DNA of 64,000 bases from the human T2T-CHM13v2.0 reference genome, Homo sapiens (GCF_009914755.1 NC_060930.1), one strand, 5' to 3'; positions 1 through 14,800 are shown, counted from the stretch's first letter. Notes: generated by a model from the sequence alone, not told the origin. Translations and numbers: made by a program.

Positions 1-1060
1 TTTTTTTGAGATCTCCATTTAGTTCAGTTTTGCAGGTTTTAAAAAATATATATATATATAGTTAGAACTGTGTTCGAGGCAAAGCATGCACTGGACAGTC
101 AGGACTTCCATGGGCCAGCAGTTTTTGGCCAAGGACACCGTGCTGTTGTTAGTGTACCATTCAGTGGCTGTAGATGAAGCTGAACACGTGTGTCAGATTT
201 GGGTAGTTCAAGAGATTTCCATATTATAATGTGTTCCTTGATTCGTTAAAATTTTTCATATAATAATAGCTTGCTTAATAATCATTCAACAGTACTTATC
301 ATTCAACAGATGTTTGTTGACGCTCAGATCCTTTTCCAGGAGCTTATATTCTAGTGATGAGGACAGATAGTAAACACGTGAACACGTAGTTAAGTGTTTC
401 ACTACATGACTAAATCAGTCTCCCCTGTGATAAGATCAGGTTGGTCAAGGCACGAGAATGACCATGGTTAGGGTTAGACTGGGGAGGGAGGGCCGCCCGA
501 GCTACCAGTGCTCTATGTCTCCAGCTCCCAGCAACTGCTGACTAGCACTCAGTAACTGTTGGTTGCATGTCACTTGCATGCAACCGTCTGGTTATATGAG
601 TTATCCTGCATATGGTTAAGAATGAAACGACTTAAAAACTCTCAGCAATCAGAATAGGGTTTGCAAAGCTTGGGACAGTGAAGCTCAGGTGCTTTCCTCA
701 CGCATCGGTCCTTTGGGCCCTCCTTGTGTGGGCAGTGTGTGTGGGTGTCTTGGTCCTCAGCATATTAGAAGCCTAACTGGGTTCAGGTGGGGGTTGAGCT
801 TGAGCGGTGAGCAGTGCCAGAATGCCCTGATGGCCTGTGAGGAGAGGGACAGCCGCCCAGACGCCAGAACTCAAAAGGAGCTGTGGTCTGCAGCATCCAG
901 CAGAAGGCTCTGGGGCCTTCCATGTCCTCTGGGGCAGGCTGTTGATTTGTGTTTCATAATACTATTCAGTTTCAGAAGTCTGAACAGCATATAGTAGATC
1001 TTTCAAAGCCTTGCATCTGAATGCATTGACAAAAAAACAATAATGATCATTAAAGAATTA

Positions 1061-1384
<324 letters not shown>

Positions 1385-3757
1385 TCAGCTGGGATATTCT
1401 ATCGAGGAATTGGTTTTTAAAGGTAACATTTAGGAAATAATTAATATTTTACAGAGAGCACTACAACTTCTAGTTTAATAAGTCATAATGGCACCTGTAT
1501 AGACTTGCAGGTGGGACTGGGCAGGGCATCTATATGACTTAGGAAGGCAGTCCTGTTTGACAGTTGGAGATGTAAGGCAGAGTCATGTGACTGACCGTAT
1601 TCACACAACTCACGTGCGTGCAAAGGGAATTGGACTTAGAGTCCATGTATTTCAAACCCAAAGATTCTTTGGGTAAACTAGAGTTGAGCAATCCGTCCCA
1701 TCATGGCTCCCATTGAAGGACAGCTGACCGGGTCCAGTTGGTTGGCACTGGGCCCCAGGTCTCAGGGAGAGCCCCTCTGTGCTGTTACAGGTTTCCTCAG
1801 CCCAGGCTTACAGAAGGTGGGGTGCCAGCAAAGTTGGTCCTAAATGGATGAATGAGCCGTGTGTCTAAAAGGATAGCAAATTGGTTTTAATCGTGAAGGA
1901 GCATATTTGAGGGCACCCAGGTCTCGGTTTGCTCAGTCGTGTAGGTGGTTGCTCCAGTGAAGATTTCTTAGCTGCGCCCACCTATCCTCCTCGCCCCACA
2001 CCCTGCAGCCAAACTTCCTGGAGCTGGACTAGGTAGTAAAAAATTCTAGTCAGCTTGTGGCTGCTCTAGTGTTAGTAGGTTCTTGCAATCTGTCCTGTTG
2101 TTGTGTTGCTTAGAAAACAGCGCCCCCTCCCCAAACAACACTTCCATATTGTGTGTGAGGGCTTCTGTAACCAGAAAGTCAACATATTAAAGCGCAATTC
2201 ATAGGGGAGTTGCTGGCTGTGTTGACTGAGCTTTACAGTCATTTTAACACTGGCAGAAGTGTTATCCTAACTGCTTTAAATCAAACTGCAAAGATGCTTG
2301 TGTGAAATATAGTATTAGATATCAAATCAAACATATGGGTGTTGAACGGAAGGATGTGTGTTGTAGTGGTATATGGTATTCTAGCATGTGGAGTTGTATT
2401 TTATGGAAATTCGTTGGCTTGGCTTATGGCAGGGACATAACATTCATTATGAGATATCAAGCTGTAAAATAAATAAAAGCAAAAAATTCAACTGTGCTGT
2501 TAAATGGCTTGCAATGCAGACTTTTCTGCTCCAACAACTTAGGCTCTGTGTGATGAGAGGCATTGTGAGCCGTTATGGTCACATTTAATCTCATCCTCTT
2601 TGGTAGATCTTGAAAATAATCTGGATTGGATTGAAAGAAATATAGGAACTTTAACTTTTTCATTTTTTCCCCTTTTACCCCATTGTATATGTTAGGAATT
2701 ACTGTGCTGATTTTTCTTAGAGGCTAAATGTTTTACTCTTTTCATCTTTTACCATTTCATCTTTTTCCTCATTCAGTATTTCTATAGTGGATTTGGGTTT
2801 TAAGTGTGTATCTGGCACTCATTAATTTCTTAAGTGTGTGTGCTTATGGGGCTCAAGTTCTTGAAGTTCTCCAGTGGACCATATTGTGGTATGAAACAAA
2901 ATGACTTTGCCATTCTTGTCTCTAGAGTGCTTTTTGCTGTCCTGATATCTTGTTTTTCTTTTCCTTTCCTGCTCTCTCTTGAAATTACAGAAAAAGGCAA
3001 TAGATTTCTCATTAAGAAAATATTCAAAAATACTATCCATGGTATATTTATTGCATGAGGAAGGATTTTCCTGTAAACAATGCTTTCAGGCATTTTTAGG
3101 CTGATGTAAATTAGAGATGGAGAAGATTGATTGAGGCCATTTTTGTCTATACCTCTGGTATTTGCACTGTAGTACACCTTGCTTTACATTGTTACCTGTT
3201 TTATCAACTAAGAAAATGCCATCCTTAGCAAAAATAGTAAATAAAATTGATAATTTAACTGGTATATATGTGCTGTAAATGCCGTTGGTATATTCTGACT
3301 TTTTCATTCTGAACTTAGAAACAAACATACACAAGAAAGCACCCAAACCACAGGCCTTCTGTAAAGTATTAGTGAGTTAATTTGGACTGTTTGAGTTCAC
3401 TTTTTCACTGTTGTGTGGGAATGGATTTCATATCATGCTTCTCTTTCTTAGTAGAGGCTATTTTTTAGTCTCAGTATTTAGCACTTCCTCCCCTCTCCAC
3501 CTTTATGATATTATCAATAGTTTCTATCTGATAGAATATGATGGTTTTTAAAGGCAAAGCAGATTGCCTTTTGACTTCATTTATAGTATGTGAATAGAAA
3601 GCAGCGTGTCGATTTGTTTAAGGAAGAGAGGATTAGAAATATTGAGTTTAGTTGCTTAGCAGAGAACCCCCTTCATGTTGCTGAATTGAAACCATATTTG
3701 ATTTCATTTAATTGCACATTTTGACTTTCTCATTTGCTTTGCTTGACTTTTTGACAG

Positions 3758-3907
3758 ATGCCACCTCAGTATGGACAGCAAGGTGTGAGTGGTTACTGCC
3801 AGCAGGGCCAACAGCCATATTACAGCCAGCAGCCGCAGCCCCCGCACCTCCCACCCCAGGCGCAGTATCTGCCGTCCCAGTCCCAGCAGAGGTACCAGCC
3901 GCAGCAG
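3758..3907 (+). CDS. ARID1B: ARID1B internal coding exon (150 nt, phase 0/0), Q/P/Y-rich low-complexity N-terminal region
   Basis: Acceptor ...gactttttgacag|ATG, donor CAG|gtgagc. Translates [50 protein letters not shown], recognised as human ARID1B. The ATG is internal, not the gene start. Confidence 0.96.
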
Positions 3908-5033
3908 GTGAGCACAGTGCACTGCCCCGCAGGGCCCTGTTTTCTCCACCAAGGCAGACCCGGCTCTGAATCATCTTCCTGTCCTTTATTAAAAATTATG
4001 TTCTGGTGGAAAAAAAATTAGTTTTGAGAAAATGCATAACTGTAACCTAATCTAACTCCATCTCTCCCTCCGTCTTTTCCCCTTTTGAGATTGGAGGGTG
4101 AGAAGAATGACTGGTTTAATAGCTGCTTGCATTACTGGTTAGTGGCAGCAGAAAGTGTCAGTCATTGCTTGTTCCCTGTCATTTGTGTTCTGAACCTTTC
4201 AAGAAAGCACTCTGCCACTTTGTTAAGGCTTATTCAGGAGAAGGATTTTATCAATCATTTAATCCTTCTAGTTGGCACGTGCATGGTATTTTTATCTTGA
4301 CCTTTGTTTTGTTTTGTTTTAATGGTAAGTGCTACTTTGTGAAAACATTGTTGCCTTTGACTGTGTTATTCTATTTAAACTAGCTTATAAGTAGATATTC
4401 ACTTCAGTTGCAGTATATTAAAATACTAATTGGAATCATGTACTTTAAATATATCAAGCAGTTTCTAGTTTAAATTAGTCTCATTAAATACTCCTTTAGG
4501 TTACTGGGTTATATATTTCAGCTTACAGAATTTGTGGAAAAATAGTATATATGTTATTTGATAAAATGATTCAGTTTCCTTATGTTTTAGAGACTGTCAC
4601 TCATGAGTGACATGAAAAGAAGTAGTGAGTGAGGGACTCTTACTCTGAATCCAGATAAAATGTTCGTAGCACATCCAATCATAAACATCAAAATATAATT
4701 TTCCATTTTAATACTTCCTTCCTTCTCTTTTGTGTGGTGGAGGTGGCAAAGAGAAGGTGAACACATGTAGCATCGACTTTTTCCTCTTTAAAGGACTTCT
4801 TTTGTGGCTTGAATAGATCGTGGATATTAAGCAAAATAAATAAATTTACGGAGCTTAATTTTAATCAGTTTGGCTGGTTTCTTACATATTTTCTTGGGTT
4901 TGTTGGAGTCCCTTTCCGTATGACTTACTAGAGAATTCTAAAGAGAGTTTATGATTTGAAGCAAAACATGTTAAAACAACAGCTAGGATTCGAGACCCAG
5001 TACAATCTTGTTTTTACATACATGTATTTAAAA

Positions 5034-5117
5034 GCTTGAACCCGGGAGGCGGAGGTTGCAGTGAGCGGAGACCACATCACTGCACTCCAGCCTTGCAACA
5101 GAGTGAGACTCTGTCTC

Positions 5118-5144
<27 letters not shown>
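5034..5144 (+). mobile_element. 5'-truncated Alu right-arm fragment with A tail
   Basis: gcttgaacccgggaggcggaggttgcagtgagc...gactctgtctc followed by a long A run. Confidence 0.9.
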
Positions 5145-5148
<4 letters not shown>

Positions 5149-7039
5149 CATCTGTGGGGTTTGTAGCAGTAGGAATGTACATCATTTCATAGTTACCTGG
5201 TCAAGTCTTTTATTAAAGTGTATGAAAATTTTAAAACACTTTAATATAATTTCTTTTTAGATGAGCAAGGCTGGTATCTGGAGTTTTGATAAAGTTATAA
5301 CCTTTTTCAAGGGGCTTTCAGAGCCTTATTGAACTTATCTGTAGACACAGAGTGTTTTGTCATGTCATCAAAATTTAAGGAGTCAATAGATAAATTATAT
5401 TACTCATTTGACTGTAGTGTGCTGAAATGAATCTCTGATCATAAAACCGATTTGATTAAGGATTCTAAATGCCTGTCATTTTCTTCAAGACCAAGCTCAA
5501 AATTTACTTCCTTTAAAAATTATTCACTGATGACTTCCAGCACATGGCAATTAGTTATTTAATATCTTTCATATTTAAATATTTAAAGCATACTACAAGT
5601 AAAATCTTATTTTAATGAATATTATTTTAATGTGCTTAGTTTCAGTCTATCTTATGCTTTGATTATTGCTATCATTTTATTGATTTGAATACAATAAATT
5701 ATATGGTAAATACTCTATAACCATGACTTTTTAAAGTAATTGTAATAATTTTTGTATATTCTGAATAAAACCAAACATTGCTCAAAATACATTGGAAATT
5801 TTTTCTTGGGTTTGTACTCCCTAGCTATAAAATGTCTGAGTTATATTCATTGTGGGGCAGAGAGGTGAAAGTTGGAGACATTTGAGTGGCCTAATCAGAT
5901 GGTCTGGTTTGACAGGAACAGTCCTGGATTTTAGGGAGTTGGATGGGAGATAGATTTGGAAAGTTTCTCAAAAAAGTGATAACTTGCATTATAGATATAT
6001 TTAGCACCTCCAAAACCTAAGTAATCCCCCTAAATCTATCCTGAAACAAAGTAAAAATTACCATTAAAGTATTATCAAAATCAAGCTAAATCTTAATAAC
6101 ACTGAATTCATATACCTTTAAAAACTTAAGAAGCTCAACCATATTTAACCAGCTAGTATTTCATAACGACCAGAACATTTCTTTATGCAGTCTTTCCTTT
6201 TGTTTTCAAATGTGGTTTATGTAATCTCTTGCTTTTGTATAAGGCAGGCAGTTAGCAAGTATTAGTAGTACTTGGTGTCTTGTTAATGCGATTGATACAG
6301 ATGGTATAATTTTAGGGTTCCATCAAGATACCTGACTTTGTGTCTTCAATATTTTTCATATGTTTAATGTTTTAACTAATCAATACATTTATTGGTTTGA
6401 AAAAATAAAAAGTACAAGGAAGGGATTCCGAGAAAAGTCTCTTCCCGTCTTAGTTCCCTCTGCCCATGTCACCACCCCCGTTCTTGACTGGATAACCATT
6501 TATAGTTTATTGTATGTTTTTCTAGAGTTTCTTTATATCAAGAAGCACAATACCATACTTTTATTTTTACCCTATTTTTACACAAATGATGGTGTATATA
6601 GTATATACTACATGCCTTCTTCCATATTTTTTTCCTCATCCCCTTCTTTTACTCACTTAAATATATTTTCTAGAGATCTTTCCAAAGGAGCACATACAGC
6701 AATCCCTCATTCATTTTTATAGCTTCATTACATTTTATGGACATACCATGATATATTTAACCAGTTCTTTTTGATGGACATTTAGATTAGTTCTGGTTAT
6801 TTGAATTGAAACAATGATGCCATGCTAAACTTTGTGTATGTGTCATAAGTGGGCAGTAATATCTGCAGGATGAATTCTGGAAGCCACAGTGCTGGGCAAA
6901 GGGTGTGTGCATCTGCATTCCCAGTGGGTATTGCAGGTTGTAGCCAATTCACACTCCCATCTGCACGTGAGAGGACTCTTCCTACATATGTGCCAGTAGC
7001 ATGGCTTTACAAAGCTTCTGGATTTTTGCCAATCTGGTA

Positions 7040-7360
7040 CAGATTGAGCACCCTAAATCCCAATGTCTGAAATATGAAATGCTCCAAAATCTGAAACTTT
7101 CTGGATGCCAACATGACACCACAAGTGGAAAATTCCATATTTGACCTCATGTGATGGATCACAGTCAGAACACATGTAAAACATTGTTTCAGTCACACAA
7201 GTATTTTAAAACATTGTATAAAATTGCCTTCAGGCCATATATGTAAGGCACGTTTGAAACATAATGAATTTCATGTTTAGTCTTGGGTTCCATCTCTAAG
7301 ATATCTCATTTGTGTATATGCAAATATGCCAAAATCTGAAATACTTCTTTTTCTAAGCAT
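7040..7360 (+). mobile_element. Tigger4b/MER46-type DNA transposon (TcMar-Tigger)
   Basis: ta|cagattgagcaccctaaatcc...gaaatgctccaaaatctgaaacttt...acatgacaccacaagtggaaaattcc matches recalled Tigger4b consensus. Confidence 0.75.
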
Positions 7361-7554
7361 ATAGTTTTAGTTTACATTTATCTTGTTATGAGTAATGTTG
7401 AGTGTTGTCTTGTGTATTTAAAGGCATTTGTGTTTCCTTTTTCCTGAACTATAAATTTATATATATTTTGAATTTTCTCTCTTCAGTTGTTGGTCTTTAA
7501 AAATTATTTTTAAAATCCTTTGTATATTAGGGAGACTGGGCCTTTGTCTGTAAT

Positions 7555-7628
7555 ATGAGTTATTAACTCCAGAGGACTGGAATCAATAGAATAGAATAAT
7601 AGAATAGAATCAATTGTGCTCACATATG

Positions 7629-7676
<48 letters not shown>

Positions 7677-7966
7677 TTTATTATAAGGAATTGGCTCATA
7701 TGCTTATGGAGTTTTGCATTTCCGAAACCTGCAGTATGGGCTGGCAGGTGGTAAGCCGATGGTCTGATGAAGTCAAAGACAGCTTGCTGGAGAATTCCTT
7801 CTTGCTTAGGTGGGGCTGGTCTTTTGATTATAGTTAGGACTTCAAACTAAATGGATAAGGCCCACCCACATTATGGAAAACAATCTGTTATTCTCAGAGT
7901 CTCCGTTGAAATTGTTAATTCCATTTACAGTACCTTCCAAGATCACATGTAAAATCAACCATTGCA
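7555..7966 (-). mobile_element. MLT2-family LTR (ERVL) containing a (CA)n tract
   Basis: agatttattataaggaattggctca and ggcccacccacattatgga...aaaatcaaccattgca are typical MLT2 motifs. Confidence 0.7.
7633..7674. repeat. (CA)21 microsatellite
   Basis: Read directly. Confidence 0.97.
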
Positions 7967-8650
7967 GCTACCTTTCCCTGATGCCACTAAAATCATTAAC
8001 TGAATTTCCTTAGGTATATGGTGTTTGGGGTCATTTTGGGATTTCTGTTATTCTCCATTGGCTCTTCTATGAATGCATTAGTATTGTACTGTTTCTCTAT
8101 TATCTTTTAGTATCTGATGGGGTAGTATATCCTCATTATCCTTCTTTTTCAGTTGTTGGTTTTCTTTTTCCTTTTGCTATTCGTATGTGCTTATTTTTTC
8201 CTATAAACTTTTTCTTTTTTTATCACGCTATTTTCTAAGAATTTTATCTTTTGTTATTGTTATAATGGGATCTTCTGTGAAACAGGGTACTTAGAAAAGA
8301 ATAAAGATAAGACACACAGAAGCACTTTACTTGAATAGCTTTTTCCTTTTTGGAGCCCACTGACCAAAGATGAGAAATATCCCTGTAATAAAAAGATGTG
8401 TTTGTTTAGCTTAGGTGGCTGCAGGCCAGGGAGGATGCAGTCCTGAGGAGCCCCAGGAGCACTGTGGAAAGGGGGAGGTGGGGCTGTAGTAGGGTTGGGG
8501 TGTGTGTTAGATGACTCTTAAGAGGGAGTGGCATCATGAGGAGGGGTGGTCCTCAACTGGCTGCTCTCAAGAAGCTGGGGGTACTTTTGTGATTAGGTAT
8601 TTTAATTTTTATCTAGGAGACAGGAGGATTGAAGTGGGGCAGGGTTGTCA

Positions 8651-9002
<352 letters not shown>

Positions 9003-9971
9003 TCATTTTTGTCATCAGCAAGTGGCCTTGGGCACCTGTTGTTTCGGGCACTGTTGCTGTGCTGTAGAAACCATGCAGTCCGCTGGCTCTTCTGCCTGGT
9101 TTTCCAATGCTTGCCTTTGCCCATTTCCACTCCACCATCCCTGCCTCTCCTGCATGGGATAGCTTTCCATCTCTCCATTTGTTGAGGTACTTTTCAGTTT
9201 CTTTTATAACATTCTTCAAAAAGAGCTGCTGTATTACTTTTGTTAGGATTATTCTTACATACCTTATTTTTTGTTGCTATTGTAAATGGTATCCTTTAAA
9301 AAATTACATTTTCTCATTGTTACTGGTGTATACAAATGTAACAGACTTTGTATATTAACTTTGTGTGTGTGTCCAGCCACCTTTTAAATTCTTGCTAATT
9401 CTGCTAATTCTAGTGATTTGTGAAGTCTCAGGTTTTTTAATTAAAATAATACTTTAAAAAATCACTGCCTTCCTGCTTTTTTGCCTTTCTGCAGACTGGC
9501 TCCCCTGTATGCATTCTTTGAAACGGCTGGCTGTTCCTGTGTTATCCCTGATTAAATGAAGGCTTCCAGCATTTTGTCATTTAATACAATGTTTCCCCTT
9601 TCTTTTCTTTCTTTTCTCTTTTCCCTTTCTTTTTGTAGCTGTCCACTGTTGGGCTAAGGAAGTTCCCTTCTTTTCTAGTTTGCGAAGAGATTTTTTCATG
9701 AGTGGATACTGAATTTTATCTTCCGTCTTTTTTGAATCTATTGAGATGATCACTTTGTATGTATTGAGATGATCACTTTGTTTTTACTTATAATCTGTTT
9801 TTGAGGTAAATTACCTTTTAAGTATCAAATGAAACTCACATTCTATAATAAACATAGCCTCATGATATATTGTCTTTTTTATTCATCACTGGATTCAGTT
9901 TACTAACATTTGTTTTAGGTTTCTTGAATCAGAAATTCATGAATTAGACTGAACTGTAATTATCCTTGTTA

Positions 9972-10337
<366 letters not shown>

Positions 10338-10451
10338 TTAATTTACTGAAAGAATTTGTGTTGTTATCTGTTCTCTGAATGTTTAGTAAAACTGTTTATA
10401 AAGCTATAAAGGGTTGTATAGCTCTTTATCTTTACCTTTTGTCTTACCCCT

Positions 10452-10591
10452 GATTTTTCAACTTTTTTAGTAGAGATGTTGAGGTCTTGCTCTACTGCCC
10501 AGGCTGGTCTCTAACTCTTGGCCTCAAGTGATCCTCCTACCTTGGCCTCCCAAAGTGCTGGGATTACAGGCATGAACTACTGTGCCCAGCC
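10452..10591 (-). mobile_element. Alu left monomer (FLAM/AluJ-like)
   Basis: tagagatg...cccaaagtgctgggattacaggcatga...cccagcc. Confidence 0.85.
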
Positions 10592-11491
10592 ATTTAAAAT
10601 TTTTGATTTCATTTCTTTTGTCAATATAGGCATATTCAAGTTAAAAATTTCTTCTTGTGTGAGTATTGCTATATATATATTCCTATGTATAGGAATTTGT
10701 CCATTTCATATAATTTTTCAACTTTATTAACATAAAGTTCGTAATAGCCTTTATTACTTTAATCTCTGTACCATCCAGAGTTAAGGCATTTTAATTCATA
10801 ATGGTTTTTCTTCTTTTATTCTTGATAAAACCATTTCCAAAGTGACTTGGTCTTTATTGTCTGTATTGTGTGTCCTTGTAAACAAACTTAATGAAATTCT
10901 TCTCTCACCTTGATTACGTCTTGCTTTCTACTTTATTGATGTTTATTTTGCTGTTCTTCCCCCCCGCCCCCACTCAAGTGAATGCTTACTTTATTTGAAC
11001 ATTTTTTGTTTGATGAAGCTAAATATGAGACTAAAATTTTTTCTCTTAAGTACTGCTTTGGCTGAATCTTTCAACTTTTGATATGTATCATTTTTGTTCT
11101 CTTTTAGTTCTAAGAAATTTCTTGTTTTTCTAAATTGCTTATTTTTTTTTGAAGACATTTTTATTGAGGCCTGGGTTTGCATTCTGTTTCCTCAGAAGGA
11201 TTGATTGGTCTTTGCTTTTGCCAGGTGCCTATGGGTACCAGTTATCTTGAACAATGTTTTGTGTTTGATTTTGTGAAAGTTTTATTACAAGAAGAATATA
11301 CAGATACACAGAATGACATAATGAGCACTCCTATGCCCTCACGTAGTTTTAATATTACCAATATTTTCCCATGTCTGCTGCCCTGTCTCATCTTTTCCTC
11401 CTCTTCCGACTTTCTTCAAAGTATTTTAAGTCACAGATACATTTCTTCTCAAAATCATTCTGTATGTGTGTATAAAACGTAAGGGCACTTC

Positions 11492-11815
11492 TTTTTTTTT
11501 CTTTTTTCTTTCTCTTTTTTTTTTTTTTTTTTTTTGAGACAGAGCCTCGCTCTGTCGCCCAGGCTGGAGTGCAGTGGTGCAATCTTGGCTCACTGCGGCA
11601 TCTGCCTCCTGAATTCAAGCAATTCTCCTGCCTCAGCCCTGTGAGTAGCTGGGATTACAGGCGTGCACCTCCACACCTGGCTAATTTTTGTATTTTTAGT
11701 AGAAACGGGGTTTCACCATGTTGGCCAGGCTGGTCTTGAACTCCTGACCTTGTGATCCACCTGCCTCGGCCTCCCAGAGTGCTGGAATTACAGGCGTGAG
11801 TCACCGCATCCGGAC
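11492..11815 (-). mobile_element. AluS, antisense, full length
   Basis: T-rich tail then gagacagag...; TSD-like aagggcacttctt / aagggcgtttctt. Confidence 0.93.
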
Positions 11816-14800
11816 AAGGGCGTTTCTTATATAACAGCAGCTCTGTTACCACATCTTATTAAATTAAATATAATTCCACTTGTCTACAAACCTAGCCATG
11901 TTCAGATAGCCCCAGTTGTCTTCAGAATACCCTTCTGTATCATTCGTTTCAAGCAAAATTTAAACAAGATTTATTACATTGATTTGGTTCTGAAGCCTTT
12001 TTATCTAGGACAGTTTCTCCTCCCCAAAATTTGTGCCTTGACCTCTTGAAAAACCTGGGTCAACTGTCCTGTGGAATGGCTTTATCTGCCAGTTTTCTCT
12101 TGATGTGGCTTAACTTGCTCATCTGTTTCCTGTACATTGCAAGTTAGATCCACAGGCTTGAAGATAAACATTTTATTTGCAGTCGTTGAAAATCATGTTC
12201 CCAACATCTTAGGCCTGCCCTTGTTCACAGGATGGGTCTGTGATCCTCCTTTTGAGCGAAGAGCCTCTAGGTGGTTCTAGCCCCCACCTTTCTTGTGACC
12301 ATCAGCTACAGCTGAGGCTGAAGAGACATTGTGATGGACAGATAAAGCTTCCCTTTGTACCCTCTCCAAATTGCTCACTAACTACATTGGTGAGCACAAC
12401 ACATGCTGGTGACCCTAGGCCACTGAGTTTGGGGTGGTTGTTACCCGTCATTTCTGACTGACTTGGTCTGGATGCTTCATAGGCGATGCTGTGCGTTTAT
12501 TGTATCAGATTGAGCGTAATGTTTGGTTGTCCCACAACAGTGAAGTTAAGATTAATTAGAGGGTTTAGGTGATGATGGTCTCTGGGGCTGTTCTAAATGA
12601 AGTATCTTCTTGAGGTTTTGTAGACCACACCATTAAGTGTTAATTTTGACCAGATACCCTGGTGATGGTTAGCTTGTGGTTGCTATTTCTTAAAGGAGCC
12701 ACTTATTCCTGCTACCTCTGCATATCAAGTTCAAGACAGGTATTTCTCTTTTCTGTTTAGTGGGGTTGCAAGCTCTTAAATGATGGGTATAGCCCTTCTT
12801 GGTCCTTAATTTAACTGAGAGGTGTTGTCTTGTATTTTACTCCCTTTTGGCAGGCCCTGGACTTCCTCTCCTTTTCCCTGTTCTCGAATAGTTGTCAAAG
12901 GGAAAGTTAGAATCTATAGCAAAAGTTGGCTTCTGTTGCTCTCTTGGTTTCTCTGTTCTCGGTCTGCTCTCTGGGTGTTCTTCATGTTACTCACATTTAT
13001 GGCAAGTCTGGGATTCATTTAAAAAGGATTAGAAAACGCATTTTATCCAGTATTTTGGGTTTTTCAATCAATAGCTATTTAGAGCATCTAATCTGCCATA
13101 CTGCTGGAACTGGTAGTTTCATGTTTTCTAGTTGTTCCTTTGGTATCCTTTATACAATTGGAAACCATACAAATATGTAATGTTTATGATAGATCATTTA
13201 GAACATACAGATAATACCTTCTCATTGTTTGAATCAAACTTTTCTAGTGTCTCCTTTATTCTTTTAAAATAAAGTTCTTAGGTAATATGAGCTCTCCCCA
13301 CACAAAATTTTAAACAAAATTAGAATAAGGCACTAACTATATATGGAAAATGAAAAGAAAGAAGTATATAATAAAGTATTGTATGCTTAATTAAACAAAT
13401 ATTTAGGCATACTACTTTAGAAGACTTGTGAAATAGATGCTTGATGTATATGTGTGATCACTGTGAACTTGACAGCTACAAAATGAGATTGATATAGGAA
13501 TGTTGCATTGGCAACTCAGATGTCTCCAGCAGGGTTGTCAGTGGTGATGTCATCTTTTGAAATGATGAGCAACTGTTGGCAAAGTTCTGAGCAAAACAAA
13601 GTATAATCTTCCCTCAATATACGTGATGGTTTTGTTTCTGGAAAATTTATTATGTCATAAGATGATTTTAAGAACACCTTGTTCTTCCTTGCAAAATGGA
13701 GTTGGGTTCTAGACTCAGCTAAATAATTAGTTTTTTTTTTTTTTTTTTTTTGCTTTGTTTTTAAATATACCCAAACGTTGGCACTTTTGAAAGTAGTGTC
13801 GGCTGTGGCATGGTGATCTTTTCCATCAGTCACTCTTACACATTGCAGGATAATCTAGCATTCCTACCCTATAGCCACTGTTTAAATGCATTTCTGTGTC
13901 CTTGTGACAACTAACTACTCCGTTGAAATTTTGTCACTACATGTGTTATATATGTCCTTAATTTTCCTGAAATTCATATGTAAAGTGAGTTCCCTATGTA
14001 TAAAATTTCAAACATGAGTATGATTCCCTGAATGTAATGGAAAGAGGTAGGAAAGGACAGAAAGCTGCCTATAACACATTTGTGTTTCTCTTAAGTAAAT
14101 GCTCAGGCACTTCTCCATTAGAAGGCTTGTGAGAGAGTCAGAGGCTTGTGCCTGGGTCTGTGGGAGCCATGGACTCCACAGGTGCAAACGAGGCTGCTAC
14201 AGATGTGTGGGATGAACAGCTCAAAACCACGAGCAGGCATAGAATCCATGGGATCAATGACCACACAACAGTAATTATAGAAATGAAAGTATAGAAGACC
14301 ACTTTAAATAACATGCTCACAGAGTTGTTAGAAAAGGTAAGTTACCCCAAAGTCTGGAAATGTTATAAATTTGTAAATAAAATACAAATACATAGTAAAA
14401 ACTGGTAAGAAAGTAAAGATTTCTTTTCTTTTGCTTTATTTGTATTTTCTAAATTATCTACATAAACATGTAATGCATATATAATATTCTTAAATGTTGT
14501 GTAAAGGATTCCACGTTACCCATTATACAATGTAAGGAATTACCCATTCCGGTGGCAGACTAGGTGCTCTCAATGTCTCTATTGATCAAAATATCTAAAA
14601 TGCTGGCTCAGTTCTTCAAACTAAATGAAACAGTGAATCAAACCTCTTTTTTTTTTTTTTTTTTGTTTAACTGTTTCTTATGCCCCTCCTGTCATCCCTT
14701 TCTTCCTTACCCAACTAAAATTCCAAGCCCATCATTATACTCGCCCTCACGCTCCTGCATGTACTCTTAAATACTCACCAGCCCCATCTTATTAAACCTA

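Noticed and set aside
3704-4021. Alternative-frame and antisense ORFs over the first exon, and the ORF extension VSTVHC... to 4021
   Set aside because: Shadows of a CAG/CCG-rich exon; the extension crosses a strong CAG|gtgagc donor
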